Shown here piece after piece: positions 27,600 through 41,337 of a stretch of 64,000 nt of DNA (its first letter is position 1; every line of letters begins with the position of its first letter). The notes beneath the pieces are model-generated. The model did not search any database, was not told where the DNA came from, and was given only the letters and a program-made list of their open reading frames with translations. Source of the DNA: Eledone cirrhosa (lineage: Eukaryota); assembly GCA_964016885.1 (NCBI GenBank), contig OZ024761.1:30256001-30320000 (forward strand), given 5' to 3'. Made by a program: the position numbers and the translations under genes.

Positions 27600-28685
27600 T
27601 GGTGGTGGTGGCGGTGTTGTCTTGGAAGAACCGTTAAAGCGCCGGACAAAATGTTTGCGGCATTTATTTAAAGCCCTTTACAAGCTTAGATTTGCCTTTC
27701 ATTTCTCCGGGATTGATAAAATAAAGTACCAGTAAAGTATTGTGGTTGATATAATCAACTTTCTCCTCCCAACAAAAAATGTTTCGCCTTGTTCCTAAAT
27801 CTGAAACCATTATTATCATTGAATTGGCCGTATCAGTAATGGGTCGGACGCCATGCTTTGACGCATAGAGTTACGGCCCTTGCCATTCTGAGTTCAAATT
27901 CCGCCGAGGTTAACTTTGCCTTTCATCCTTACGGGGTCGATAAAATAAAGTACCAGTAATGCACTGGGATAATTGCTGGCCTTGTGCCAAAAGTAGAAAC
28001 AATTATTATCATTGAGGGTGGTGGATTGGCAGTATCAGTAGAGGGTCGGGCGCCATACTTTGCAGCATAGAGTTATGGCCCTTTATGATCTGAGTTCAAC
28101 TCTCGCCGAAGTTAGCTTTGCCTTTTATCCTTCCGGGGTCGATAAAATAAAGTACCAGTCATGCACTGGGGTCGATTTAATCAACTCCCCCCCCCCCAAA
28201 AAAAAAGATTACTGGCCTTGTGCCTATATAAGAAACCATTATTGTTTCAGGGCAGTGGTTTGGTAGAATCGGCAGAGCGTCAGACACCATACTTTGCAGC
28301 ATAAGGTTATGGCCCTTTACGTTCTGTGTTCAAATCCTCCCCCCGAAGTTGGCTTTGCCTTCATCTTTATGGGGATCGATAAAATAAAGTACCAGTAATA
28401 CAATGTGGTTGATATAATCGACCCCCCCCCCACCTCTCCATACAAATAATTGTTGGCCTTGTACCTAATTCTGAAACCATTATTATTATTATGGATTGGC
28501 GGTATCGGTAGAAGGTCGGACGCCATGCTTTGACGCATAGAGTTACGGCCCTTGCCATTCTGAGTTCAAATCCCGCCGAGGTTAACTTTGCCTTTCATCC
28601 TTACGAGGTCGATAAAATAAAGTACCAGTAATGTACTGAGTAATTGCTGGCCTTGTGCCAAAAGTAGAAACAATTATTATTATTA
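27600..28685 (+). mobile_element. Head-to-tail array of about 5 tRNA-SINEs
   Basis: Five successive SINE cores separated only by ATT-rich tails; a minus-strand fragment lies at about 27430-27560. Confidence 0.88.
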
Positions 28686-29741
28686 CGATTAATTAGACAG
28701 ATGGTTGTTGATAATATTCAAAACAGTATGGTGGGTGGGATGGAGGTTTAGAGGAGGGGGTTGGGGTAGAGATTTAGCTGTTGTTTCTAACAACTCGTGC
28801 AACCATGTACAGACAACTGTCTTTGCTAATTGGACAAATGGTTGTTGTTGTTGTTGATGATGATAAAGACAACACATTACACACGGTATTGACACACAGA
28901 ATATGACACATCCCCCACCACCTCCACAACCACCTCCACCACTATTACCACTACTACTACTACTACTACTATAACTACCACCGGCACCACCATCATTACT
29001 ACTACTACTGTTACTACTACCACCATTACAACCACCACTACTATAACTACCACAAACACTACTACTACCAGTATAACTACCACCGGCACTACCATCATTA
29101 CTACGACTACTGCTACCATCACAACCACTACTACTATAACCACCACTAACACTACTACTACTACTACTACTACTACCAATACAAGTATAACTACCACTAC
29201 CACCATCACTACTACTACCGGCACCACCATCATTACTACTACTACTACTACCATCACAACCACTACCACTATAACTACCACCACCACTGCTACTTCTACT
29301 ACTACTAACCTACAGCACTACCACCATCACTCCTTGTCACACACACACACACCCATACCATCAAGTCACCGCAACCACCACACCACCACCACCACCGCCA
29401 CCACTGCAATCACAATACCACTCACACACCGTCTCCTCTCTATTGCATAAGTGACTGCATCTATTGTTTAAAATATTTGATACGTGCTGTGTGTGTACGT
29501 GTGTGTACGTGTGTGTACATGTGTAAGTGTGTTTACAGCATCTGCATGACACTTGATGCTGATAATTCTGTTGTTGTTGTTGCTGATACTGCCGCGGCTG
29601 TTCTATGGCACATGTCAACCCAGATAATTGTTTCTATTTTTGGCACAAGGCCAGCAATTATCCAGTGTATTACTGGTACTTTGTTATCGCCCCCGTAAGG
29701 ATGCCAGATAATGTGTACAAAAATGTTTGTTATGCTACGTT

Positions 29742-29826
<85 letters not shown>

Positions 29827-29828
<2 letters not shown>

Positions 29829-30327
29829 TGTAGGAACACATATCCTATTATTACTATTCTCCTCTATGTTGAGAAAAATTTGGTCGTTCTGACTGCTGCT
29901 AGTTATAGCAGTAGCCATCTGACCTCTCTGCTTCTGCCTTTATCTTTACACTCGGCCCTTGAAAAAATTGATTCCACTTCATTTACTCTCATCTCGGGAA
30001 CAATTTTGAATAGCGCCAGTTCGTAATTTGAATTCGAGAATTTTATATTCTCCGAATGAAAAGAACCTTCTGACGAGATTCTTTCTTTGCAACGAAGGCC
30101 GTATGGACTCCGTTTATTTTTGAGAATCGAAACCGACTCGGTAAAGGTAACCATAGTAAGTACAGTTAATTTTTTAAAATTTATTTTGAAACTTTATCTT
30201 ATTTGCTAAACCTTCATTATATATGTTATGGCTCGTTAATTTATTAACCTGCCATTGAACCACATTGGCATATGGTTGGACAATACATGTGTCTCTTAGC
30301 GCCTTGTGCGTGTAGGAACACATATCC

Positions 30328-30332
<5 letters not shown>
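29827..30332 (+). mobile_element. Retrozyme-like unit with 24-bp terminal direct repeat and central HHR
   Basis: CGTGTAGGAACACATATCCTATTA at 29827-29850 and 30309-30332; (TA)n on both sides. Confidence 0.65.
30065..30148 (+). ncRNA. Type I hammerhead ribozyme
   Basis: ACCTT-CTGACGA-GATTCT...AGAATC-GAAA-CCG act CGG-TA-AAGGT; GUA triplet, predicted cut after 30143. Confidence 0.82.
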
Positions 30333-30376
<44 letters not shown>

Positions 30377-30514
30377 AATATATGTGTGTGTATATGTATA
30401 TATATATATATAGAACTGCTGGACTTACAACCTAACAGTTCCTTCTAGCACTGATGGCGATTATCGCTAAATATTGATGTTGATTTAGTTATTAATATTA
30501 TTGGTTATGGCGCA

Positions 30515-30636
30515 CCCACTGAAGATTTACAAGAGCCCACTTGAATAAGAATCCATTGATCTTACACAAGCTTCTACATAACTTGATATAATTTCACTCA
30601 CCATGTAGAAATCTTATAATGAAACGATCGTTTGGG
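30515..30636 (+). ncRNA. Hammerhead candidate with extended stem II
   Basis: CCCA-CTGAAGA-tTTAcAAGA...TCTTaTAAt-GAAAC-GATC-GTT-TGGG; downstream tail homologous to about 56640-56790. Confidence 0.55.
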
Positions 30637-30989
30637 GAATGAGATTTTTTAATATATCTCATATAAAATAAAACAGCCAATTATCCACACAATACAATAT
30701 AGTTAGCACTCCAAACGTTTGATTGGGAATATACTCCGATATTTCCTAATGTTTGTTGAGTGAGTTGGAAATTGGTCGGAGTATCGCTAATAGCTTTCCC
30801 CGTTTATGTAATTATGTGTATATATATAGATATATATAATGTAGGAGGTGAGTTTTATTGTAGCACAATAAAGCAATGCAAATATCGGATAAGTAGCACT
30901 CCACAATTTATAGGACTGGAGTATAAATAATATAAGATCAAAAGATGGTTAAAAGAGTTCCAAGTGTTTTTAAGATTCATATCATGTCT

Positions 30990-31068
30990 CCATGTTTTAT
31001 CTGATGAGAACGCAAATATCATCCCATGATGATATTTGTTTTTGAAATGCGCATAATAAAATACATGG
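30990..31068 (+). ncRNA. Type I minimal hammerhead ribozyme
   Basis: CCATG-TTTTAT-CTGATGA-stem II CAAATATC/GATATTTG-GAAA-TGCGCA-TA-ATAAAA-ta-CATGG; predicted cut after 31055; inside island 30840-31090. Confidence 0.75.
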
Positions 31069-31096
31069 AACTCTTTTGATCTTATATTATATATAT

Positions 31097-31303
31097 AGGA
31101 AAATATCCAGGAACCCGACGGCTGAGCTCCAACCAGCAGTATTCAAGAATACTGCTAGCTTAGTTCGGATCTAGCTGTCGAAACGACCGGAGCTCAGCTC
31201 TCGGGGCCCTGACTCTTTTCCTATTACCCGCTCTACTACCCTAAGTATCGAGTACTCTTGTGAGTTATGGTCCACCTGGTATCTTATCACACCTTCTTTG
31301 TTA
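31097..31303 (+). mobile_element. Family A foldback element (HHR stem III hairpin plus conserved tail)
   Basis: Inverted arms 31097-31223; tail ATTACCC.CTCTACTACCCTAAGTATCGAGTACTC...TTATGGTCCACCTGG. Confidence 0.75.
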
Positions 31304-31362
31304 TATATATAGAAATATATATATATATGCATACACATGGAGTAGATAAGATTTATTTACAA

Positions 31363-31403
31363 TAACTTAACTGGTTTCACAATTTCAAAATTTTCAAAAG
31401 TTA
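31363..31403 (-). ncRNA. Hammerhead-like motif, U3-A8 variant, weak stem II
   Basis: TAACTT-TTGAAAA-12 nt-GAAAC-CA-GTT-AAGTTA (6-bp stem I). Confidence 0.42.
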
Positions 31404-31444
31404 AGTGAGGTGGAAAAACATGGGACTATGACGTAACTCTCGCC

Positions 31445-31561
<117 letters not shown>

Positions 31562-31835
31562 ATATATGTGTGTATGTGTGTGTGTATATGTGTATGTGTG
31601 TGTGTGTATATGTATATATGTGTGTGTGTGTGTATATATGTGTATGTGTGTGTGTGTGTATATATATGTGTGTGTGTGTGTGTGTATATATGTGTGTGTG
31701 TGTGTGTATATATATATATGCATATATATATATGTGTGTGTGTAATGAACTATACGTTTAGATTACTTTCAGCCCAGTCCCTACCCACTCAATCGGGGAT
31801 TTTACAAACATCGCATGTTGTAAATACGATTCTTC

Positions 31836-31886
<51 letters not shown>

Positions 31887-32484
31887 AATATAAATTATCG
31901 AGAATCGCATTTCGGCCCACGAAATAACGAAAAACAATCTCCGAGATGTGTGGCAAAGTGCTCAATGGTTCGGGTGAACCAGAGCTATATATTTATATTT
32001 ATTAAAATAACAGATTAAAGTTTAAGCAAAGAATCATCGCTGCTTTCACCATTATATATAAGAAAGTGAGGTTGTTTTGAGAAGTCTTTTTAAGAACATT
32101 TATTTGTTTCCTTTACCGGTTTCACAGTTCTTATGCTTTTCAAAGGTTGAATGAGATGGAGGGTTTGTGGTATAGACTATCAATATATACATATGTATGT
32201 ATTTCAGGATACTATTATAAATAATAGGTGTCTCAGCTCCTTGGTTGTTTACATGATGTACGTTCCTTCTGGTGAAACCCCAACTAGATCCGAAAATAAC
32301 CGGGAGATACGTACATGTGGCATGTTTACCTGTGTATATACTAAAAACCTGTAAATTTAAATACATACTGGTGCAGTTTTCTTTACCTTTACCTTTATTC
32401 TCTATATACACAGATACAACTTTATTCTTCCCTACAGCTACTTAGCGCACAATTTAATATATATATATATATGTGTGTGTGTGT

Positions 32485-32549
<65 letters not shown>

Positions 32550-32614
32550 GATGAAGTCGAAAATGCAACTGGAGTCTTATTTAAAAAAAAAATATATATA
32601 TATTTATATGGTTT

Positions 32615-32650
32615 CTTTACCGGTTTCGCAGTTCTTCTACTTTTCAAAAG
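32615..32650 (-). ncRNA. Hammerhead candidate, U3-A8 variant (copy of 12869)
   Basis: CTT-TTGAAAA-GTAG aagaa CTGC-GAAA-CCGG-TA-AAG. Confidence 0.5.
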
Positions 32651-33076
32651 TAGAGTTGAGATGGAGGGTCTGTGGTTTTACTCACACACACATATATATA
32701 TATATATATATAGATAAACATATATGTGTGTGTGTTTACATTATATATATATATATACTCGTATTTATATTAAAATTCATTTATGAAATCTCTCCTTTTC
32801 TCTCACTCTCTATCTATCTATCTATCTCTCTATCTCTCGCTCCCTCTATCCATCCCCTCCCTTCCCCCCTCATGTGTTGTTTATAATGTTAAAAAGAGTA
32901 GCCCGTGTGTGATATATCGATGCGGGGTGGGCGTGGCACAGACAGGTGTAACAGCTTCTGGGGTAGAGCATCCTTCAATGTAAACAGTAGCTTTGTTTAC
33001 TCAGATGATAGCACGAAACCTTTTCACTGAAACCGATAACACTGAACATATGTATATTAGTGTGTGTATGTGTGTG

Positions 33077-33113
<37 letters not shown>

Positions 33114-33318
33114 ATGAGTGTTTGTGTGTGTGTGTGTATTTTTGTATGTGTATATATATGCATGTATACATATGTATATATATATTTGTGTGTATGTATA
33201 TATATGTATATATATATGTATATATATATATATATGTACACATACATATATGCACACACACATATATGCACACACACACACACATATATATATATGTACA
33301 TATACACATATATATATA

Positions 33319-33375
<57 letters not shown>

Positions 33376-33437
33376 ATCTACATATGTATGTTTGCGTATA
33401 TATATATGCATGTATGTGTGTATGTATGCGTATACTC

Positions 33438-33482
<45 letters not shown>

Positions 33483-33486
<4 letters not shown>

Positions 33487-33698
33487 AGAGTCAGGACCCC
33501 AACGGCTGAGCTCCGGCCGTTTCGACAGCTATATCCGAAATAAGGACTGCTGACTTAGTTCAGATCTAGCTGTCGAAACGGCCGGAGAGCTCAGCCGTTG
33601 GGGGTCCTGACTCTTTTCTTATTACCCACACTACTACCCTAAGTATCGAGTACTCTGGTGCGTTATGGTCCACCTGGTTCCTTACCACACCTTTGTTA
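33483..33698 (+). mobile_element. Family A foldback element
   Basis: Arms 33483-33530 and about 33568-33617, followed by the conserved tail. Confidence 0.78.
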
Positions 33699-33704
33699 TA
33701 TATA

Positions 33705-34010
33705 TGTTCTGTTCCCTACCATGTTCCTCGTCTAGCTTGTAGGGGCATTCTTCACTAAATTCCCTCCACTCCCACCAGATGTGTTCTGTTCCCTACCATG
33801 TTCCTCGTCTAGCTTGTAGGGGCATTCTTCACTAAATTCCCTCCACTCCCACCAGATGTGTTCTGTTCCCTACCATGTTCCTCGTCTAGCTTGTAGGGGC
33901 ATTCTTCACTAAATTCCCCCCACTCCCACCAGATGTGTTCTGTTCCCTACCATGTTTCCCCTATAGCTTGTATAGTCATTCTTCACGAAATTCTCCTCCA
34001 CTGCTACCAA
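33705..34010 (+). repeat. 77-bp minisatellite, about 4 copies
   Basis: TGTTCTGTTCCCTACCATG starts at 33705, 33782, 33859 and 33936. Confidence 0.9.
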
Positions 34011-34495
34011 CCCTGGTGTAGGGGTCATGTACTGCTTTTGTGGTGGACTCTACAATCTGCCCAGACTCCGATCACAAAGTCTGACCAACAGCACTCATAT
34101 CTCTGAACTACAAAACGCCGACGACAATTCCTCGCCAGCTCATTTACCTGGAGAAATGCAGGTATCAGTTATCACCTTAAAAAATGTGTTAGATCACTTT
34201 CGTCTGACAATCAATATCCGGAAGACCAAAATACTTGCACAACTTGCTTCAAACTCAGCTCTTCCAGATTTCAACATCACCATCTCCAGTATCTCGGAAA
34301 CATCCTCTACATACAATGTAACTCCGAAAATGATGTTGAGAATAAAATAGAATCTGAACTGGCAATGTCGCTTACGGGGTCGATAAAACGCTTCTAACGT
34401 GTCTCCGGAAACAAAAACCTGAAACCACAAACCACGCTCACGGTGTATCTAGCCGTAGTTGTCTCCCCCTTACTCTACAAATCAAGCTGACGGAC
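33936..34495 (+). mobile_element. Degenerate RTE LINE RT fragment
   Basis: CVLFPTMF...GLYNLPRLRS...ISELQNADD...LTINIRKTKIL. Confidence 0.7.
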
Positions 34496-34508
34496 CCTGT
34501 GTGTGTGT

Positions 34509-34582
<74 letters not shown>

Positions 34583-34588
<6 letters not shown>

Positions 34589-34967
34589 AAAGAATGAATG
34601 AAGAGTAACATGGTTTGCTGTACAACAAGGGGCTTTATTTCAGGTATTGACAATTGTTTCATTGATCAGGTGAGTCTAGAGGTCGCTTGAAGTTGCGTCA
34701 CTTGATCTCCATTACATTATTTACCTCTGATCAGAATAACAATTGTCAATACCTGAAATAAAGTCCCTTGTTGTACAGCCAACCATGTTACTCTTCATTC
34801 TTTAACTATTATTACTCCAAGTATAACCTACATAGGAATTACCGCGAACCCGCTGCCTAACTATGGAAACATCTTGTTGAGTCAAACAAAGCTGTACGTT
34901 AAAAACTATCCACGACGCAGGGTACTCACATCTAACTGGATTACCTATAACGATAACTTGTTATCCC

Positions 34968-34968
<1 letters not shown>
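34583..34968 (+). mobile_element. Foldback element with an HHR 3' half
   Basis: Arms about 34583-34658 and 34738-34808; GAAAC-AATT-GTC on the minus strand of the left arm; 160-nt tail. Confidence 0.7.
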
Positions 34969-35005
<37 letters not shown>

Positions 35006-35117
35006 ATATGTATGAATGAAGTAATTCCATCGGAAAAGTCCAGGAAAAAAGAGTGCTCTATGTAGGCAACAGAGCTTAATTATTATTATTATGTAATAAA
35101 CAACATAAGGCAATTAT

Positions 35118-35175
35118 TCCATTTACCAGTGGTTTCTTAAAAGCAAAAGGTTTTGCTTTCAATCCTCAGAATGAA
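35118..35175 (-). ncRNA. Type I hammerhead ribozyme, sense to the SDR pre-mRNA
   Basis: Exact reverse complement of 35253-35310. Confidence 0.78.
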
Positions 35176-35252
35176 AAAATCCTGGTTTGTTTATTGAATT
35201 TGGATTAAAAAACGTTTTTATAATCCAAATTCAATAAACAAACCAGGATTTT

Positions 35253-35310
35253 TTCATTCTGAGGATTGAAAGCAAAACCTTTTGCTTTTAAGAAACCACT
35301 GGTAAATGGA
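35253..35310 (+). ncRNA. Type I hammerhead ribozyme
   Basis: TTCATT-CTGAGGA-TTGAAAGCAAA acct TTTGCTTTTAA-GAAA-CC act GG-TA-AATGGA; predicted cut after 35304. Confidence 0.78.
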
Positions 35311-35337
35311 ATAATTGCCTTATGTTGTTTATTACAT

Positions 35338-35382
<45 letters not shown>

Positions 35383-35598
35383 GGTAAACATTGATGCAAT
35401 TCAATTCAAGCACTCAGCGTACTTTTTCCACATAGGAGTGACGGAGTAAATATCGAATAAGGAAAAGCTAAGTAGTTTCAGATGTTCAAGTCCTTTAATA
35501 ATAATTGTTTATACTTTAGGTACAAGGCCAGCAATTACCCAGTGCATTACTGGTATAATAATGCTGTGATATATATTTCAATGACGACACTGGCCACA

Positions 35599-35772
35599 CT
35601 GTTCTGTGTGCGAGTGTCGTGTCATCATCTGATGATGACACGACACTCGCAAACGGCTTGAGCTCAGCCGTCGGGGTCTTACTTGTTCCTATTACCCACT
35701 CTACTACCCTAAGTATTGAGTACTTTGGTGCGTTATGGTCCACTTTGTTCCTTACCACATTTCCTTCGTTAT
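35599..35772 (+). mobile_element. Family A variant with internal hairpin
   Basis: GCGAGTGTCGTGTCATCA/TGATGACACGACACTCGC hairpin, then AAACGGCTTGAGCTCAGCCGTC and the family A tail. Confidence 0.7.
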
Positions 35773-35779
35773 ATATATT

Positions 35780-35839
<60 letters not shown>

Positions 35840-37059
35840 TACATCTTTCTCCAGTTGTTGTTTGACAATCCAAAGATGTTGACAGAACTTAACCTTGTGC
35901 GATATGTTATGTACCTTTATATAGTCCTGGCATTAATGAAACTTCTCATATGTTTCAAAGCTGGTCGAGTCAACTGTTTCGTCAAGGTTTTACAATTGTA
36001 AAAAGAAAGTGAGAACGAGAGAGAAACAGAGTGTGGGAGGAAGATCAAATGAAAGAGATAAACAGAGAGAGAGAGAGACCTAACCCTTGCTCCCCCTGCC
36101 TTTAAACAATGGAACAATCCAACATTGAAATAAAGGGGGAAGACAGAAAGATAGATAGACAGAGTTAGAGAGAGAGAGAGAGTGGGTGAGAGAGAGAGAG
36201 AGAGACCTAACCCTTGCACCCCCTGCCTTTAAACAATGGAACAATCCAACATTGAAGCAAAGAAAACACAACTTGTCTGTTGGGAATAAATGGATTTTGT
36301 TAAATGTGTTCCTTCTGTATAAATATTGAAGGTGGTGGAGGTGGTAGTAGTAGTGGTGGTGGTGACAGTAGTAGTAGTGGTGGTAGTAGTGGTGGTGGAG
36401 ATAGTAGTTGTGGTGGTGGTAGTAGTAGTATTGGTGGTACTGGTGTTGTTGTTGGTGGTGGTACTGGTGTTTTTCTTGGTGGTGGTGGTGGTAGTAGTTG
36501 TGGTAGTGGTGGTAGTAGTTGTGGTTGTGGTGCTGTTGTTGATGGTGTTGGTGGGATTATTGCTGGTGGTGGTGGTAGTGCTGTTGGTGGTGGTGCTGGT
36601 GATGTTGTTGTTGGTGGTGATGCTGGTAGTGGCGGCGGCGCTGGTGGGATTGTGGCATTGTTTGTTGGTGGAGCTGATGATGATGATAATGATGTTAATG
36701 CTGGTGGGAACGCGTGGTGGTAGTGGTGGCCATACTAGTGTTGCTGTTGTTGTTGGTGTTGGTAGTGGCGGCGGTGGTGGTGTGGGAATTTGGCATTGTT
36801 GTTGATGTTGGTGGTGGAGCTGATGCTCATGATTATGCTGATGATGATGGTAGTGCTGGTGGGGAATGTGTGGTGGTAGGGATGGGGGTGGTACTGAAAG
36901 AGCAACAACAACTACTGCTGCTACTTTACTAATACAGCAGCAACAACAACAACAGTAACAACAACAACAGCAGCAACAACAACAGCAACAGCTAGCTACT
37001 GATTTCCTTCTTTGCTTATCAATTGTTCTTCGGCGTGGTTTTATCAAAGAATTCCAACC

Positions 37060-38010
37060 ACCAACACTACCACCCCATCATCTTACCATCCTACCACCCC
37101 ATCAAACTACCCACCTACCACCCCACCACCCCATCAAACTACCCACCTACCACCCTACCACCTCATCAAACTACCCACCTACCACCTACCACCCCATCAA
37201 ACTACCCACCTACCACCCCACCACCCCATCAAACTACCCACCTACCACCTCATCAAACTACCCACCTACCACCTACCACCCTACCACCTCATCAAACTAC
37301 CCACCTACCACCCCACCACCCCATCAAACTACCCACCTACCACCCCACCACCCCATCAAACTACCCACCTACCACCCTACCACCCCATCAAACTACCCAC
37401 CTACCACCTACCACCCTACCACCCCATCAAACTACCCACCTACCACCCTACCACCTCATCAAACTAACCACCTACCACCCTACCACCTCATCAAACTACC
37501 CACCTACCAGCTTACCACCTCATCAAACTACCCACCTCACCATCCAACCAGCCACCACCCTATCAAACTACCCACCTCACCATCCGACCAGCCACCACCT
37601 TACCACCCTACCCACCTCACCATCCAACTAACCAGTAGCCCATCACCTTACCACCCCATCAAACTGCCATCCTATCACCCTACCCACCTTACCTACGTCA
37701 CCACCATACCTACCTCACCACCATTCCGACCACCTCATCCACTTTACCACACCACACTGCTACCCTAGAAACTCACCACACTACCCCTACCATCCCACCA
37801 TCCTACCCGCCTTAGCACCCTACCAGCCCACCTTACCACCACGCGTTCCTACCCACCTTAGCACCCTACCAGCCCACCTTACCACCACGCCATCCTACCC
37901 ACCTTACCAGCCTAAAAAATCCAACCCACCCATCACTCTATCCTTACCGCCCCACCACACTACCACCCCCACCCTACCATCCTACCCAGTTAACCACCCT
38001 ACCACACCAA
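37060..38010. repeat. C-rich minisatellite
   Basis: CCACCCCATCAAACTACCCACCTA units, decaying to the right. Confidence 0.88.
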
Positions 38011-38406
38011 CCATCAGCATAAACCCGATCTAATATATCTACCTACCTATCTACCTACCTACTTACCCATATCTACACAGTGCCCCCTTCCACAAACCCA
38101 CCTACCCCCTCTGCAACGAACTCTCTTCACCTTGAATGTCCTCGGAGGGAGAGGGGGGCGATGTGGTGGTGGTGGTGGCGGCGGCGGCGGTGGTGGAGGT
38201 GGAGGTATGTGGAGGAGAAGAAGAGAAAGATAAGACGCCCGACCTCCAAGATGTCTTGCTAACAGAAAGTAGTGGAAACTGGCAGACGCTGGTTCGAGTC
38301 CAAACCGTTATCAGATACCTACCTCCTTGCTCACGCTCGCTGTATGATTGTATATGTCTGTGTCTGTGTGCGTGTGTTGTGTGTATGTGTGTGTTGTGTG
38401 TGTGTA

Positions 38407-38456
<50 letters not shown>

Positions 38457-38573
38457 TGTGTGTGTATTTATATATATATATATGCGTGTATGTGTCTGTG
38501 TATCTGTTTGTGTGTCTTAATGTATATAAAGTTTGCAAATATAAAAATTTATATATGTGTATGTATATATATA

Positions 38574-38611
<38 letters not shown>

Positions 38612-38921
38612 ACATACACACACACACACACACACATACACACATACATACATACATACATACTTATGTATGTATGTATGTATGTATGTATGTATGTATG
38701 TGTGTGTGTCTATAACGATATATATGTATATATATACCTATATATATATATATATTCGTTTGTGTAGGTGTGTTATTTTGCGAGGAGGGAAGATAACAAC
38801 ATTTTGAAGGACGTGTATAATTTTTACTTTTCCTTGTGTGGTCTGAGTCTAGGTGCGGGGAGAAGATCGAATATAGATTTATAGATTACATGTGCTTAAG
38901 GTCATGGATAGATCTGGTTTG

Positions 38922-39029
<108 letters not shown>

Positions 39030-39049
39030 TATATAGATAGATATATACA

Positions 39050-39081
<32 letters not shown>

Positions 39082-39165
39082 CATATATATATATATGTAT
39101 ATATATATATGTATATATATGTATATATATATATGTATATATATATATGTATATATATATATGTT

Positions 39166-39200
<35 letters not shown>

Positions 39201-39371
39201 GTATATATATATATGTATATATATATATGTATATATATATATGTATGTATATATATATATGTATATATATATATGTATGTATATATATATATGTATGTAT
39301 ATATATATATGTATGTATATATATATATGTATATATATATATATGTATGTATATATATATATGTATATATG

Positions 39372-39423
<52 letters not shown>

Positions 39424-39476
39424 CACACACATATATATATATATATACACACACATATATATATATATACACACAC

Positions 39477-39507
<31 letters not shown>

Positions 39508-39671
39508 TATATATATATATATATACACACATATATATATATACACACACATATATATATATATATACACATATATATATATACATATATATATATATAC
39601 ACACACATATATATATATATATACACATATATATATATATACACACACATATATATATATATATACACACA

Positions 39672-39734
<63 letters not shown>

Positions 39735-39780
39735 ATGTATATGAAAAAAATGAAAATTTCGCTCTACATGGCTAAATACA

Positions 39781-40234
39781 ATAAATGTAATCTGAGATTT
39801 TCGAATATTAATAATTGTTTCTACTTTGGGCACAAGGCCAGCAATTAACCAGTGCATTACTGGTACTTTTTTTATCGACCCCGTAAGGATGAAAGGCAAA
39901 GTAGACCTCTGCGGGATTTGAACTCAGAATGGCAAGGACCGTAACTCTGTGCGTCAAAGCATGGCGTCCGACCCTCTATCGATACTGCCAATCCACCGAA
40001 TAACATTCGATTCATTTGCAATTATGCAAACAACCCTCAATTTTATAGCCATGTCAGTAGAATGACCCGTTCATTCTTGCTCTTATGTTCGCATGCGATT
40101 GTTCACATGCCAACATAAGAGCAAGAATGAAGGGTTCATTCTACTGACATGGCTATAAAATTGAGGCTTGTTTGCATAATTGCAAATGAATCGAATGTTA
40201 TTATTAATATTCGAAAATCTCAGATTACATTTAT
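39781..40234. mobile_element. Foldback element with a SINE (39815-39998, minus) inserted in the left arm
   Basis: 39781-39815 plus 39999-40096 is the reverse complement of about 40106-40234. Confidence 0.75.
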
Positions 40235-40619
40235 ATGTATATAAATGTATAGGTATATATATATATATATATATACACACTTCAATGAAAAACGAAGGCT
40301 GGATTCCAAATTAGTGATTTTGCAACATTAAAATAATATTTGGAATCCGGCCTTCTGTTTCATTTGAAGTATTTAACACCATACTATTTCAAGATGCCAC
40401 ATCTTTAGTATAAATACAGGTAAACATGCGAAATATACGTATCTCTCTATAAAAAAGATAAACATCTTTAATCAATTTTCGGATCTAGTTTGGGGTTTCA
40501 TCAGAAGGTATGTACATCATCTAAACAACCACAAGGATATGCACAACAGAAGAGCTTAATCACGTATAATAGTATTCGGAAATGCATACATACATACATA
40601 CATACATACATACATACAT

Positions 40620-40683
<64 letters not shown>

Positions 40684-40695
40684 ACACACACACAG

Positions 40696-40729
<34 letters not shown>

Positions 40730-40835
40730 ACATACACACATACACACACACACACACACATACATACATACATACATACATACATACATACATACATACA
40801 TACATACATACATACAAACATATATACAATACATA

Positions 40836-40901
<66 letters not shown>

Positions 40902-41039
40902 TACATACATACATACATACATACATACATGTTGTTGTTACAGCTCACACCTATGCAGGTTTAGCTGGCCTCCTCCAAGGTATATCTGTTGGAGGTGTTT
41001 TGGGTGATTTAATGATAGGTGACCCCAGTCCCTATCATC

Positions 41040-41180
41040 TCATTTCTACAGCTGAGTAAATGAAGCAACGTGAAATAAAGTGTCTTGCTCAAGGAAACAA
41101 CACATCACCCGGTCCGAGAATTGAACTCACAACCTTTCGATTGCAAGCCCAATGCTCTAACCACTAAGCCATGCACCTTC
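41040..41180 (-). mobile_element. Second tRNA-derived SINE family
   Basis: Minus strand TGGCTTAGTGGTTAGAGC (A box)...GAGTTCAATTCTC (B box); related remnant at about 6185-6270. Confidence 0.7.
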
Positions 41181-41337
41181 ACAACATACATACATTATAA
41201 GATTCTGCCAGGTGTTGCTATTAAGTTAGACACGATCTGGGCCAATACTGGCCGAAAGCTATCAAAGTTATATATATATATAAGAGAGAGGGATAGAGGG
41301 GGGGGGGGAGAATTGCAGCTTTTTGTGAAACTTTATA

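Larger units (their letters stand above)
35015..35343 (-). mobile_element. Foldback element (about 125-bp arms) with paired HHRs
   Basis: 35084-35343 is a near-perfect palindrome; left tail AGAGTGCTCTATGTA..CAGAGC also occurs at about 10552-10577. Confidence 0.8.

Noticed and set aside
40460-40510. Minus-strand CTGATGA...GAAA (homolog at about 32262-32300)
   Set aside because: Stem II does not pair and the homolog's core is mutated; probably decayed
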